Source of the DNA: Massalongia carnosa
Taxonomy: Eukaryota
NCBI GenBank assembly: GCA_965645245.1
Contig: OZ287072.1
Coordinates: forward strand, 1,674,001-1,738,000
DNA length: 64,000 nucleotides
Direction: 5' to 3'
Below, one piece after another: positions 1-13,130 of this stretch. The translations under genes were made by a program, and so were the position numbers. Position 1 is the stretch's first letter, and the number at the start of each line of letters is the position of its first letter. The notes beneath the pieces were generated by a model that saw only the letters and a list, made by a program, of their open reading frames with translations, ran no database searches and had not been told where the DNA came from.

Positions 1-2
1 GG

Positions 3-251
3 CGTCTTTCCATTGAGGAAATGGATCCTAGCATGCTCATTGGTTTTCTTATCACGGATCGCGAGGATTGGGAGCGGTGGCGAGCGGCCGTTACTCATGT
101 GGCGGGAAAGCCTGTGGTAAATGTTGCGGACGTGGAGCCGATAGAGTTCAACGATAGCGGAGAACGGCAAAGCGCGATAGACGAAGTTGAAACCTTTGAT
201 GATGAGAATGAGAATGATAGCGAAGGTGAACTCGTTGAGCGTCCTGCATAA
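3..251 (+). CDS. ATG4: Autophagy cysteine protease Atg4, C-terminal end (partial; gene starts before the window)
   Basis: Frame reads RLSIEEMDPSMLIGFLITDREDWERW then an acidic tail, matching the Atg4 (peptidase C54) C-terminal MDPSMLIGF motif; stop TAA 249-251. Confidence 0.85.
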   Translation, partial: RLSIEEMDPSMLIGFLITDREDWERWRAAVTHVAGKPVVNVADVEPIEFNDSGERQSAIDEVETFDDENENDSEGELVERPA

Positions 252-735
252 CTGCTCGAGGGCCGTTCTTTGATAGTTCTCCTAGTGATGCGTCAAGCGC
301 ATTCTCCAAATGGTATAATGCTCTTATCGTAGTACCTAGAACAACGCTCACCGGACTCGAGAAATCGCGAAATGTGACGATAATGAGTTCTTGAGTCAAT
401 GCGGTAAAAAATTTCAGCCAATTTCAGCGAAATTGTAACCATGCATGATTCAGTGTTGTTGGGTAAGTTTATCAGACATTGTGCAAATATTATCAAGAAT
501 AGACACAGGTTGGAAAATATTTCATCTTCTACTTCCTTGGATATTTTGTACAATACAGCTGAAGCTTGCCCTAAATGCAAGACAAACGAACATTCAATCC
601 CCAAGGTAACCCTTCCCATAACGCATTAGGACCCGTTAACACCATGAAAACAGGAATGCCCCGCTCATCACCAACCCTTAAACTTCAGCTGAGACTGGCG
701 CACAAAGCAGAAGACTCGCCGACATGAAAAACAGG

Positions 736-1369
736 CTACTTGGTAGATGAAGAGTACTTGGTTACAGCTTTTGTGCCTTCAGACACTGCGTGCTTAGCGA
801 GTTCACCAGGTAGGATAAGTCGGACGCTGTTACAAAAATTAGCTATAGTCATATGGAATGTCACGATTAAGCTAACATACGAGGTTTGGATCTCCCGAGA
901 CGAAATTGTAGACTTCTTGTTGTAGGCAGCAAGCTTGGATGCTTCGGTTGCTACGCGCTCGAAGATATCTAAATTTTGGTTAGAATGCAAAGTGCACTTA
1001 AATAGAACAAATCGGTGTCTTACCGTTGACAAAGGAATTTAGAATAGACATAGCACGATTGGAAATGCCAGTATCAGGATGCACTTGTTTGAGAACTAGA
1101 TGTAGTGCGTCAGTTTAACTCCAATCTAAGGCGTTACAAAACTGCAAAAACGAAAGTTTTGTATTCACCAACGTGAGAAAATGAATGGGAGTAAAACCTT
1201 TGTAGATATAGGAAGAATAAGTTTCCTTTCGCGTCTTATTTCTCTTTTTCTTCTCTCCACCAGAAGGCGCTGCAGTCTTCTTCCCGGCCTCCTTCTTCTC
1301 GACAGGTGCTTTGCCAGCTGGGGCCTTACCGCCCGTAGAGGGCTTCTTTTCGGCAGCTTTGGGAGGCAT
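736..1369 (-). CDS. HTB1: Histone H2B; exons 1369-1198, 1095-1024, 968-881, 826-736
   Basis: [10 protein letters not shown]...[94 protein letters not shown]; three GT..AG introns restore the frame. Confidence 0.98.
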
Positions 1370-1875
1370 TTTGGATTGTTTGGAAGAATGGAGCTAGTTC
1401 AAATATCTGACGAGTTTGTTGGTAAGTACTGAACTTTAAAAGATAATTTCGTCGTGATATGGAGGAATGTACAAATTGAAGGAAGAGAATATGGGCGGCG
1501 AGTGAACTTATAGTCGCTGGGTTGGAGTCGTGATTTGCTTGGCGCGTTGGAGTCGGATGAGCTTAAGCGAGCAATAACAGCTGTATCGGGCTTGGCGCTG
1601 TCTTGGCTAGCGAAACACAGGCCGGCAAACACCTAATAAGTAACGACAAAATACAAATTTTATGACTAAGCGAGCCATTTACTGTGCGATCGAAATCATC
1701 AGGCTCGCGCTCCTGTTACATAAACCCCATCCTACCCTTTCCCTCTGATTGACATACAGCCGTTCCGAACCTACACCAACTATCCCCTAGCTTTCAACAA
1801 CCACCATTATCAATAAAGGTAGATCTTTCTCCTCGAGTTCCCTTACTCTCAACCAGATTACAGAAATCTATCAAA
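1370..1875. promoter_or_regulatory. Bidirectional H2A/H2B promoter region
   Basis: About 500 bp between head-to-head histone start codons, the usual fungal H2A-H2B arrangement; individual sites not identified. Confidence 0.7.
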
Positions 1876-2495
1876 ATGACGGGAGGTAAATCAGGAGGCA
1901 AGGCTAGCGGGAACAAAACATCCCAATCGTATGTTTTTCTTTTGTTTAATTGAATCACAATCTTCTGTTTTGCTTCAGCAACTTTTCGTGAACAATTTTT
2001 GGCGCAACTACTAATATCGGTTGGTCCCATTGTTTCTAGTCGCTCATCTAAAGCTGGTCTTGCATTTCCAGTTGGTCGCGTACATCGTTTGTTGAGGAAA
2101 GGTAACTATGCTCAACGTGTTGGTGCTGGTGAGTCAACTCCCATCTAGCGAAAGAACGACTCTGATACTAATACATAATTTAGGTGCACCTGTCTATCTC
2201 GCCGCTGTCCTAGAATATCTAGCTGCAGAAATCCTTGAGTTAGCTGGAAACGCAGCGCGTGATAACAAAAAGACCCGTATCATTCCACGCCACTTACAGC
2301 TTGCTATCCGCAATGACGAAGAGCTTAACAAACTCCTCGGACATGTCACAATCGCCCAAGGTGGCGTTCTACCTAACATTCACCAAAGTAAGTTTTTTCG
2401 TATCCGCACTCTTTCTTCAAACTAACGCGTATTTCTTAGACCTCTTACCTAAGAAGACAACAAAGGGTGGTAAGAATGCTAGCCAAGAGCTATAG
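1876..2495 (+). CDS. HTA1: Histone H2A with C-terminal SQEL motif; exons 1876-1928, 2040-2128, 2184-2387, 2440-2495
   Basis: [133 protein letters not shown]; three GT..AG introns. Confidence 0.98.
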
Positions 2496-3036
2496 GATCA
2501 CTTTAAATCTTCTTAGCTTAATGGTTTAAATTGTTTCATGCGACAACGGGGTTTAGGGGGAACGGGGATCATGGCTTTCTTGCTCTTGGGATGTACATTA
2601 TGTCCGGGGCAATCACGTTTCTAGATATGCCAGAATCAAATCAATAAAATCACTTGACTTTCTATTTCAAAGGAACTTGATATTAATGTACTAATTGTAG
2701 TAAGGCATATTAATAGCTAAAAGATCGTCTTTTTAAAACTACTCCTGTTCAGAACTGCAACGGCAAGTATGACTTATCGATGTGTATGATGGGGTATTTG
2801 AAAGAATGAATCAAATTAAGTTTTGGGGACCGATTGGGCAATACTTTGACATAAATGTATCTTGGAAGGAGTGAGTAGTCAGTGGATCTCCCATAAGCAT
2901 AAGTCAAAAGGGTCTTAATATAGATACTACATTTATGAAGGACCTATGAAAGCGGAAGACGTAGAACAACGTGCAGTGGAGACATCTATTAATGAGTTTC
3001 CTAGATACAAGTTGCAACGACTGCTGCGCTTCCCAA

Positions 3037-3552
3037 TTAGAGTGTCATATGAGGAGGAGCTTTGTTGCATGAGCCTGCTGTTTGTACTTGAAATATTGGT
3101 GGATGCTACTTACGATTGAGAATTGGTGCAGGCATGTTTCTCTCATATTTCGAGCCTAAACATTTAGATTATTCAACAGTTGAGCTATTACGAGCACAGT
3201 ATTACCTCCAGGTGCGGTAGGTGCACGATATGGATCGGGATGCTTCCATTTGTCAAGCAAAGTTTCGGCTTCCTCGAATAATGCCTAGAAATACTATCAG
3301 CAACCCAGGTTGTCACTTTTCCCTAATTGTAAATTTGTTTACCCGTTGCTGTCTTGGTTCTACTATGTTTCGATTGGCTTCAAAAAGTGACCGGATGTAG
3401 ACCGCTTGGGGGCGCCAGATGTATCGGTGGACAGCCCAGTCCAGGGAAAGCTTCAGGCTTCGTCGATATAACGATCTATCAAAATCAGTTCTGTTATAGA
3501 TAGCTAGGAAGGCGTAGAAATGTGCATACGAAACAGTTGGTTTGCTGGCCAT
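3037..3552 (-). CDS. NADH:ubiquinone oxidoreductase B22 subunit (NDUFB9-like, LYR family), about 5 exons
   Basis: MASKPTVS-SLYRRSLKLSLDWAVHRYIWRPQAVYIRSLFEANRNIVEPRQQR-ALFEEAETLLDKWKHPDPYRAPTAPG-GSKYERNMPAPILN; LYR and HPDPY..PGGSKYERN motifs; last acceptor site uncertain. Confidence 0.88.
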
Positions 3553-4085
3553 GAAGGAGCAAAAGAGAAAGGAAATGTATAACAACTTGGTCGTGGAGTT
3601 GATGGGAAACCGCCTACTTATTTTAGTCGCTTCCCTCATGGAAGATCCCAATGCTAGTTAAAATTTGATATGGCGACGCCAATACTCTTTATTACTCTGT
3701 TTAGTATCGTTTAGCACGCGGGTGAAATAAGTAATACTTTGTGTCAAAAAATATATTTTATTAATACATACGCTAATTTCATTCAAATTTTATCATAATT
3801 GGAAGAAAACATTGCACCGACTGCTGCGATCATCATATGATTGGATATTTAATACATGATTTCGTGGTTGAAATTTTGGAAATAGATTTGCTCTGTGATG
3901 TTGCATTAGTTAACGCGGTTTAGGGTTGACCCGTTTACGGAGTACTCCACTAGCAAGCAACCTGATTCATTCCCAAACCAAGGTTCGTCCTAGTCCCTAG
4001 AACTTTGCTGGTGAATTGAACGGCCCTGATCTTATTACTTGTTTCTCTGCAAATTTATGTGTCAGACGATCGTACTTCATAGAGC

Positions 4086-6089
4086 ATGGCAAGTCGGCAA
4101 TGTTTAAGGCCATTGCGGAACACTCAGGCGCATGCCTCCAAAATCTCTCCGCTCAATCAAGCTTTACTGTGTTTTACGAGGGGATATACAACGAAGCTTT
4201 GGCAAACACCTCCTCTAGCATTCAAGAATAGACTGAGGTGATATCCGCACCAGCTAGCTGCCTCGAGTTTTTTTGTTAAAGCGATTATAGAGCTCGACAA
4301 GAAGCGAACGATGGTATTATAGGTTCAATCACAAACAGGCGATTCTATGGTCGGTTTTTATATTTTTATGTTCTCTACCTCACACAAAGTCTTATCATTG
4401 CCTTAGCGGAAAAGATTGTCAAGGTGCCTGAGATGGCTGAATCGATATCCGAGGGCACGCTCAAGCAATGGTCGAAACGTGAGTACCCTGTTTTTTTAGT
4501 AGCCTCTTCACCCCGCAAGAACTCTTGCTGACAAATTTTAGAGATTGGTGACTTTGTAGAGCAAGACGAAGAGATTGCAACGATCGAAACAGATAAGGTA
4601 TGTGTCTTCATCAAGTACTAACCCGAGTGTCATCCCACTAATATGATGGGAGTTCCTAGATTGATGTTGCTGTGAACGCTCCTGAGGCGGGTACAATTAA
4701 GGAGTACCTAGCAAACGAGGAGGACACTGTTACGGTCGGCCAGGATTTGCTGAAACTGGACCTCGACGGAACACCCAAAGGAGGTGACAAACAAGAGGGT
4801 GGCCAGGAACCAAAAGCGCCAGCTGCAGCAAACCAACCTACCTCATCTGATCCTAAACCGAAAAAGGATACAGGAGCTTCTGTCCAGGATCCATCAACCT
4901 CTTCTTCATCTCCTTCACCTTCACCAACGAAACGAGACGAACATTCAAAACAAACAAGCAAACAGAACATATCGGAAAAAGAATCTAATGCTCTAGAAAG
5001 GTCCTCCGAAACATCTGGGCGAAAGAAACCATTTATCAATACAAAAGAGAGCGAAGCGCCTTATGGCAATCGAGAGGAGCGACGTGTATGTTTTTTGCAA
5101 GAAACTGTATGTTGATATCTATGCTAACGGTTGTTGTTAAGGTCAAAATGAACCGGATGCGTCTACGTATTGCTGAGCGTTTGAAGCAATCTCAAAACAC
5201 TGCAGCTTCGCTAACAACATTTAATGAGGTTGATATGTCGTCGCTTATGCAATTTCGAAAACTGTACAAGGATGAAGTGCTCAAGAAAACGGGCGTAAAG
5301 CTTGGGTTTATGAGTGCTTTTTCGCGTGCTTGCATTCTAGCAATGCGAGACATTCCCGCTATAAATGCTTCAATCGAGGGTCCCAATGGCGGCGATACCA
5401 TTGTGTATAGGGATTATGTTGACATCAGTGTGGCTGTGGCTACCGAGAAGGGTCTTGTTACGCCGGTTGTCAGAAATTCTGAAGCCCTAGACCTGATAGG
5501 TATTGAGGAGGCTATTGCAACTCTAGGGAAGAAGGTAATACCTGGAAATATTCTGGCTAAGAACTTGTACTGAGGGCATCTGGTAGGCGCGAGACAACAA
5601 ATTAACAATCGAAGACATGGCGGGAGGAACCTTTACAATTAGTAATGTCTGTCAAACAGCATTAAACCACCAATTCTTCACTGACCATGCATAGGGAGGT
5701 GTCTTTGGTTCGCTTATGGGAACACCAATAATCAATCTGCCACAGACAGGTCAGTCCTTGCGATCGAAATTGCCAGCAGAGGATTGACGCTGCTTCTAGC
5801 TGTTCTAGGTTTACACGCAATTAAGGATAAGCCTGTAGCTATCGAAGGCAAGATTGAGATACGACCGGTATGTTTCACAGTATCTATCTTAGATGACCCC
5901 TCCTAATTAATATGTTAGATGATGTATCTTGCCCTCACTTATGATCATCGCTTGCTTGATGGGCGAGAGGCGGTGGTTTTCCTCGTTAAGGTTAGTCATT
6001 CTCAAGCCCATCCGCCGGTTTCCCCCTCTGATCGATGTACATAGGTGAAAGAGTACATTGAGGATCCTAGGAGAATGCTGCTAGGCTAG
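4086..6089 (+). CDS. KGD2: Dihydrolipoamide succinyltransferase (E2 of 2-oxoglutarate dehydrogenase), multi-exon
   Basis: Arg-rich presequence from ATG 4086; lipoyl domain [37 protein letters not shown]; catalytic domain [60 protein letters not shown] stop. Confidence 0.95.
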
Positions 6090-6740
6090 AGAGGGCCGTG
6101 TTACGCATTTAGATAGGAGCACGGATTGTAGCATGTATATATGTGGGAGGTTTCATAACCCTATTGCACCTCGATGATCCAAATAGTGTACAAATAGTCT
6201 CAATGAAGCCGATTCTTTATGTGAGTGAATCACAAATGGGGTTATCAATGCCTCGATTCAATCTACGAATAGTCATCAGGAGAAATGAGGACGTACGGGT
6301 ACCTGTACTGTCAGCAAGTCTTTATTCTATCAAGCTAGAATATACTCTGACCAAGCAACTCCGAATGTTGATGAAAACAAGCTCGAGGTCGGGGATTAAT
6401 CTGTAAAATAAATACTTTGTGCCCGAGGGTTCGGTAGCTCCACCCATTTGCAGTGGCACGCTGTGGCCTTTGATTTTTTCCAAGGTAGAGTAGAGGTTGG
6501 AGAACTGTACTCCGTAGGATTTTTTTGGTCAAAGCTCCCTACGATACACTGCCACTCCGTCATGGTGGTACTCTATAAATGACATTGGATCCTAGTATCA
6601 ACGCACCCCGATTTATTCGCTGTCACCCTGTACTCTACTACGATGTTCTACTTTCAAGCCACAACATGAACATCATGAGAATCCACTTGTAGCAAATACG
6701 CTCATGCTTCCGAGGAGCACCCTCAATCTGTATACGTAAG

Positions 6741-8782
6741 ATGAAGCCCAAATTGAGAGTAATGGGAGATCTACTTCACCTGTAGTAAGAATTGGTGCTC
6801 GGGTTACCTTTGAGTGTTTGCAACACTGCTAATACTCGACTTATAGTTATGACTTACCGCACCATATCCACTCCTCCAAGGTATATCCAATACTCGCTCC
6901 CAATGGCTCAACAGTCATTGTTTGTGGGCATGAGCAAGGTTTATTGGTGCTATGGAGAGGTGGCTATCCCATTAAATCGCAACCCAGAGAAACGGTGTTG
7001 AAATCAGCGAAAGGTGCCAACCATGATAACGAATCAGCCAAACATTTCCAGGAGGTGCCTATTATGGAAAAAGATGAAGACGAAGCAAGCCCTTTCGAAT
7101 CTTATGATCCTATAACACAGACCCTGGATCTGCCTCTCAAATTTGCCGTTTTGCAATTCTCGTTTCCGCCCCTACCTTCCAACCTACACGACTCTACGAT
7201 GAACTGCCTGCCTCAGCTGCTCTCGCAGAGAATCGTTGTTGCCTTGGTCTGCTCCGACTCCGTTGTTAGAGTCCTGACGATACCGTTGATTCCTCCATCG
7301 CCGCAAATCAAGGCGAGAGGAGACACGAAAGATCAAGCTTATAGCAGGAAATCTGCATTTGGGCCTTTTGGTGAGCAGCTGGTCGTGGTATCCGGTGCCA
7401 CTGGGCATCAGAGCATTCCGAAAGGAGTTTCCATTACAGCTACTGTTCGTGGAGTTCGATCAAATGAGGGGGTCAATGCACAAGAGGAGGCAAACTCTAG
7501 CAAACCGCAGAGCCCCTCGTTAGACTTAGCTACTTCTGATATACGAGGCGATATTTTCCCTTCAACCCATACCATCCATGAATGGGACTTGCTCGTCGCC
7601 TCGCATTCTGCCGATTTTAATGGACTTTTATTGATCCACAGGCTAGCTTTAACAAGAGAATGTGCTCGTATTGAAGCTGTATCTGCTGAGCATAGCTTTC
7701 CTTGGCGGATTGAACATCTGGTTTCACCAGTGATCTCTATACAGTTCAATTCTTCTGTATATCCTGCCCCAACACATTCGGAATTATTGCTTGCTGAGGC
7801 GAAAGGGGCTGTACGGGTTCTTGATTGTCTAGGAGCGCGAGAATCTCAGCCCGAGGGGAAATGGCTCATTTCATTATTTCCACCATTCCAGACTTCTCCT
7901 GACTCTCTATGTTACAGAAAGCCTATTCTGGATGCCCAGTGGTGTCTGTGTGGAAAAGCTATCTTAGTGCTGCTCGCTGACGGAGAATGGGGAGTTTGGG
8001 ATCTCAAACATACTGGACCTAGGGCTCGAAGGGGAGCAGAAATCACCCCAGGAATTACAGGGAGTTTATTGACAGTTTTCGCAATCAGCGGCTGGATTAA
8101 TCCTTCTCGGACAGTGAAAAGCGCTCTTAGGAAGACCCCTACCCTAGACGAAGGATCTCGTGGACTGGCACCTATGACTCCTAGTACTCGCAAACTCAGG
8201 CAAGAAAACCTTTTTGCCGAAACGGTAACACCATCAAATATCCTTACACACGGCGGCATATCAGTCACTCCTACTAATAACATCTCCGACCAAGAAGCTG
8301 CTGACGAAGCAGTCCTACTTTGGCGGGAGGACGGCATCATTATCTTCCCTAGCCTTCTGACCTATTGGCAAGAAAAAGTCAAAGGAGGCGGAACTCTCTT
8401 CGGTACTCATACACGGGCGCATCTTAGATGTTTGGGAACCACTTTCCCGCAAGGTGAAGTGCGCCAAGAAGTTTCATTATTTCCCGAATCGTATCAACCC
8501 AGAGCAAAATCCGCTCTGCCAGCTCCACACAACATCTTGATCACCGGAGAGCGAAGCTTGATCATTATGGCTCCTCCCTCTCAAGAGCGGCGTTTGCAAG
8601 ACCCTCTAGAACAGTTGGAAACCGCATCTTCAAGAGACCAACATTTGCTCGCATCAGGCGAACTCGACATTAATGGCATGGAAAGAATACTTGCTGGTAT
8701 GTCAGATGAGGTCCAAAACTATAGCGATCACTGTAATGGGGCAAGCTCTGTTAAGAAGGTTGGCTTTCTAGATATTCAATAA
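6741..8782 (+). CDS. Nup37-like nucleoporin (predicted beta-propeller); short exon 6741-6784, intron 6785-6846, long exon to 8782
   Basis: N-terminus YDLPHHIHSSKVYPILAPNGSTVIVCGHEQGLLVLWRGG resembles Pezizomycotina Nup37 from memory; ILDAQW..LVLLADGEWGVWD WD-like repeat; GTAAGA donor and TAG acceptor keep the frame. Confidence 0.7.
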
Positions 8783-9826
8783 GATGACCCATATTCCAGC
8801 GGCATCGCTTGTTTAACTTTCCGTTTTCACTTTTTTTGGGAGGCTACCTACTCTCTAATACCCATATCAAGCTCAAGCCTCCAACTCCTCCTACTCTTTC
8901 AATCTTTAGTAAACGATCTCTTCCTCCCGCATTTATTCCTATTTGCCTTCTCTCATACCCCCCGCGAGACCAAGGTAGAGCTCTGGGAAGATCCATCCCC
9001 TTGCCTCAGTATATCTTGCGACACATCAATTGCAGAAGCATGACTGGCTTTCTGTGGGCACCTAGAAAGTTGGCTTTGAATGGTCGAGATGCTCGAGCAA
9101 CGTTTGTGATGATGAGCTGTATCATGATACTCTTGTCCTACACGTTGTGAGGACAGCGGGCGTGGCTAGAAGGAAATGATCTTGCAAGAGATCATACACA
9201 CCTCTGGTTAAATATCAAGTTCAAGTGTGTGCTACATTGTTAAAACTAGTTAGATCTTATGAGACTAGGAATAACATTACAGGAGTTATTGAATAGTGAT
9301 ATTTTGATAGAGATCCCTAACCAAACTTTCCCGTCTAGTTTACAAGTCGTAATTACTACCCAAACAAACCTTTCGTTATCTTCGTAAAATAAAACCCGGG
9401 TTTTCGTAACGCGTATAAGGTATCGATGTCTGTCCTTCAGCTTTCTGGGTCCAAATGTAGATGAGTATCGACTATTCTACTTGAATTTTCATTCGATTAC
9501 CTAGGGACGAGCACACCAAAGGGATGACCATAGTAGGAGAACGAATAGGAACTGGGGAGGATACACACAGAACAAATATCTTTGCAAATTTGTCACATAT
9601 CGGCAGCTACTGTGAGCATCAATAGATATCAGATCTTAACATGGTCTAGGAACGCAAGATCCATTCCTGTATGATTATACTATTGGAGGCATACTAGAGT
9701 CATAGATAGCAATTCGACAGTTTTGACAACTCACGAGCTCAGACACCCAAACCTAGGGTATTAAGTAGTTCTATCTATTCGAGCCCACCTATTGTCCATA
9801 CTTAAAGTAAGTAGGTGAAAGCTAAA

Positions 9827-12216
9827 TCAGTCACTCCATCCTAATGAGTTTAGCTCTTTTCTGACTACATCCTCGGTGTTCATCTTTTTGATTTGCGTTC
9901 CTTCTAACTTCTCACCGCATGCACGTCTCATCTTTAAATCATCAATGGCCCTTAGCTTTTTTAGTAGAGCCCGGATCTTTTTATCCTGTAGGCTACCCCC
10001 ATTGTCCAAAGACGTGATCGTCGTGTCGGCCATTGCCTGTGTAGTCGGAGCCAAATCTTCAGGCACTGACGAGGGCGTGGTACGTGGAGCCCGGGAACGT
10101 CGCTCGGCTTGTCGTGGCTGAGACAGTGCATCCAAGCTTCCTTTCGATAGGTTACGCTCGCGTGTTTTCTTGTCCTTCCTCTCAGGGCTGCCGGACGGAT
10201 GAGTTGTCGCCATATGCCGGGTCTCTTCAAATCCTGACATGAGTCCTGCAGCTTTATCAGTGACTTCTTTTGCTTTCTTTGCTTCTCGCTTTTTCTTGTT
10301 CTTCACCGCCGCCTTTGACAGCATCTCATCCTTGTCCACATTGCCCCCTACAGAGACTTCACCGCCATCGTCGGTTATGAAATCGGCACCGGGTATCACC
10401 CGTTTTCGAGGTTTGCCAAAACCGTTCGCTCTAGATCCTAGTGAAAAGCTACCATTACTGACAAAAGCTACGCCACCTTCGTCCTCGCGCTTGAAAGCCA
10501 TTGGGGTTAGTTGACCTCGAGCTCCAGGCGGTCGGTACGCTCCAGTGGGCTTTGATGGTGTTTTAACGGTACCCAGATATGTCAATGCTGACGAGTGCGG
10601 CTTTGGTAAAGGGTGCAACGGGTTTTCAATAGGTTTTGAAGGTTGCAGCTGTGGTCGCCAGGTAACTTGGTAAAGGTCCTCCAGCTCTTGATTATATACT
10701 AAACTCCCACTGATATGCCAAACACGGACACCATTGTCAACTCGTAAGCGTGGACTTGTTGTTGCTGTTAAAATATACTTGCCATCTGGACTCCAAGCAC
10801 ATATGCTTGAATTGCTGGCTTCGATGGTACATACTTTAAGGTTGTCTTTTTCAAGATCGTAAATATCCATCTGCCCCGCAAGATTGCCAAATCCGGCAAC
10901 TAGCACGAAGCGACCAGACGGCGAGAACAGAATTGTGTTTCGAGGGCTAAGGGCAAAACTATGGGTAGCGACAGCTCTTACACTGAATAGCGTTGTCTTG
11001 GCCGGCATATAACCGTATACCACACCAAATTCCTGTGAGTTTGGCGACCATGTAACATCATGAATTGGACCTTCCTTGTCTGTGAGAGTCAGCACAGCTC
11101 ATGGCCACGTACAGATGAACGCAATCATTGGTTCTCACCTAACTCAATCCTTGAATCAAAGCCCCCGTTAGCACTAAGAATATATAGGGTCGTTTCTCCA
11201 TAATAGCTCTTGCCGGATTTATCTACCTCGGTTTGAGCTAGCACTATAAGACTAGTTCCGTCCTGATTCCACTTTAGTTGAACTTTGTCCCCTTTGTAAA
11301 AATTCTTTTGAGACACGGTAGAGCTGAGAGATGGTAGGTTGAAAACTTTGACTGCCGCAGGCTGGCCCTAATGAAGAATTAGAGAAACACGAAAATTTTA
11401 TGACCGCTACTCACCTTACGTTCCGGAATGAAGACGGCGATTGAATGGCTTTTACTAGGGGAAAGCGCAAAGTCCGCAACCCCCTCGACCCTGAGCTTAG
11501 TCCAAATAGACCCGAGATCTTCGCTTTGATAAAATTGAACCTCGTTTGTAACAACACGAGCGCAATATCTTTCGTCACAAGTGTATTGCAGGTTCCATCC
11601 GGTCTGAGCTTTCTGCACAAAACTCCCTAGCACATCATGCTCGTCTAGAACTGAATTTTTGGCTGCTTTTCCATCCACTAACCAGACGTTCAGATTCTTG
11701 GTTGCATCTCCAGTTTCACTTTTTCCTGGTCGCTGCCAAGTAATAATGAAAGTTCCAAGGGGAGAAAAGGCTAATTCGTAAACATTTCGAGCAAGGATGG
11801 TGACAACTGCATGGCCAGCTGAGGCATTGATGATAGTGACACTGTATTTAATTTAGCAATTACATTATATAGTAAGGTTAGGGGACAATGTCACCTTGCA
11901 GGGGACGCCCAAGCAAAGTAACGTCCACAGGGAGAATAGACGCAACACCTCAAGTTACCTTCTGGCCTATCATGTCTCAGTCAAGTGAACCTCTCAGACA
12001 ACTTCTAGCATACTGCGAAAGAAGCGATATTCTTCAGATTCCACACACCTTTTAAAGCCAGGAAGAGGCTCGTAGAAAGGAGCAGCATTAATAACATTAA
12101 TTTCCTTCAGCGTTCTGTCTAAACAACTGACATTAGTACTTTTAGAGCTATCAATTGTTCGAGTACCGACCTAAAGCCGTCGATTACTCACATGCAAATT
12201 GGGTGGGATCGGCCAT
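9827..12216 (-). CDS. Translation initiation factor eIF2A, multi-exon
   Basis: MADPTQFA start at 12216; SQKNFYKGDKVQLKWN..AQTEVDKSGKSYYGET, KEGPIHDVTWSPNSQEFGVVYGYMPAK, AGFGNLAGQM, TATTSPRLRVDNG, AYRPPGARG, KKIRALLKKLRAIDDLK. Confidence 0.95.
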
Positions 12217-13130
12217 GACTAGCAAAAGTCACAGATTGTGCCCACACAAGAGATGGAATCTTGAATACCTTTTTGACTCGATGTTAAAGTTGAACACTGC
12301 TAACGTAATATTCGGAAATTTAACATGACACCTCATTCGTCACATTTGATATTGGTCGATCAAATCGTAATAATTTCCAGCTTAATGCAATTAAAATTAT
12401 TGGTTCAATTTTCGTTAATCGTTTAGTTACGCCGCGCAACGGGGTTGGGTGGGGTTTGGGTTTTTTATGCGGGTTTCCGGGTTAAACCGTTCAACCCGAT
12501 CAGTTTTTATTGCAAATTAAATATGGAAATTCGACGAAAATATGACGTTTAAAGTGCTAAAAATTTTGCTTACTAATCATCATTTCTTGATGACTAATTT
12601 TCAAAATTTTCAAACGTGTTTAAAACGTCTAAAAAACACGTTTAAAATTGACATAAAAAATCTACCGGGTCGAACGGGTCAAACGGGTCAAACTGTCAGG
12701 GCATAGAAGGAATAAAGGCTAAGCTAACTAAGCGGGGCTTAGTTCTACGGCTAGGCTTAGTCATATGGAAAGCAGTTGGTCTGCGTTACGCCGCTGGTAT
12801 CTACTGCCGAGAGTATAGTACGAGCGATCGAGATATACGAGGATGCTCGTACGATTAGTGAGCGGATGGTACGATACAGTCAGCACAGTGTCCACGATAC
12901 AGTCAGCACAGTGCCTACGATACAGACAGCACAGTGTCCACGATGCAGTCAGCAGAGTGTTTAGCCGGCTTATCCGGTAGGAGTAATGGGCGGTCAAAAT
13001 AGTTACAGTATCAAGGGCCCAGAGGGTCAAGGGCTTCGGTCCGGGTATATAAGGAGGCTGCTCGAGGGAGATGCAATCTTCAACGATTAGTCTTCCGCTT
13101 TACCTACATACTTCTTTTAGTATATTAGTA

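Noticed and set aside
3915..3930. TTAGGG as a telomere remnant
   Set aside because: Single unit in a promoter region; no array.
7184..8340. Antisense ORFs over the Nup37-like gene (and similar ones over KGD2, eIF2A, gag/pol)
   Set aside because: Shadow frames of real coding sequence with no independent features.
8809..9150. 113-aa ORF and AAAACCCGGGTTTT palindrome (near 9391) between Nup37-like and eIF2A
   Set aside because: TTG start, no motif, lies in 3' intergenic sequence; an isolated palindrome has no further support.
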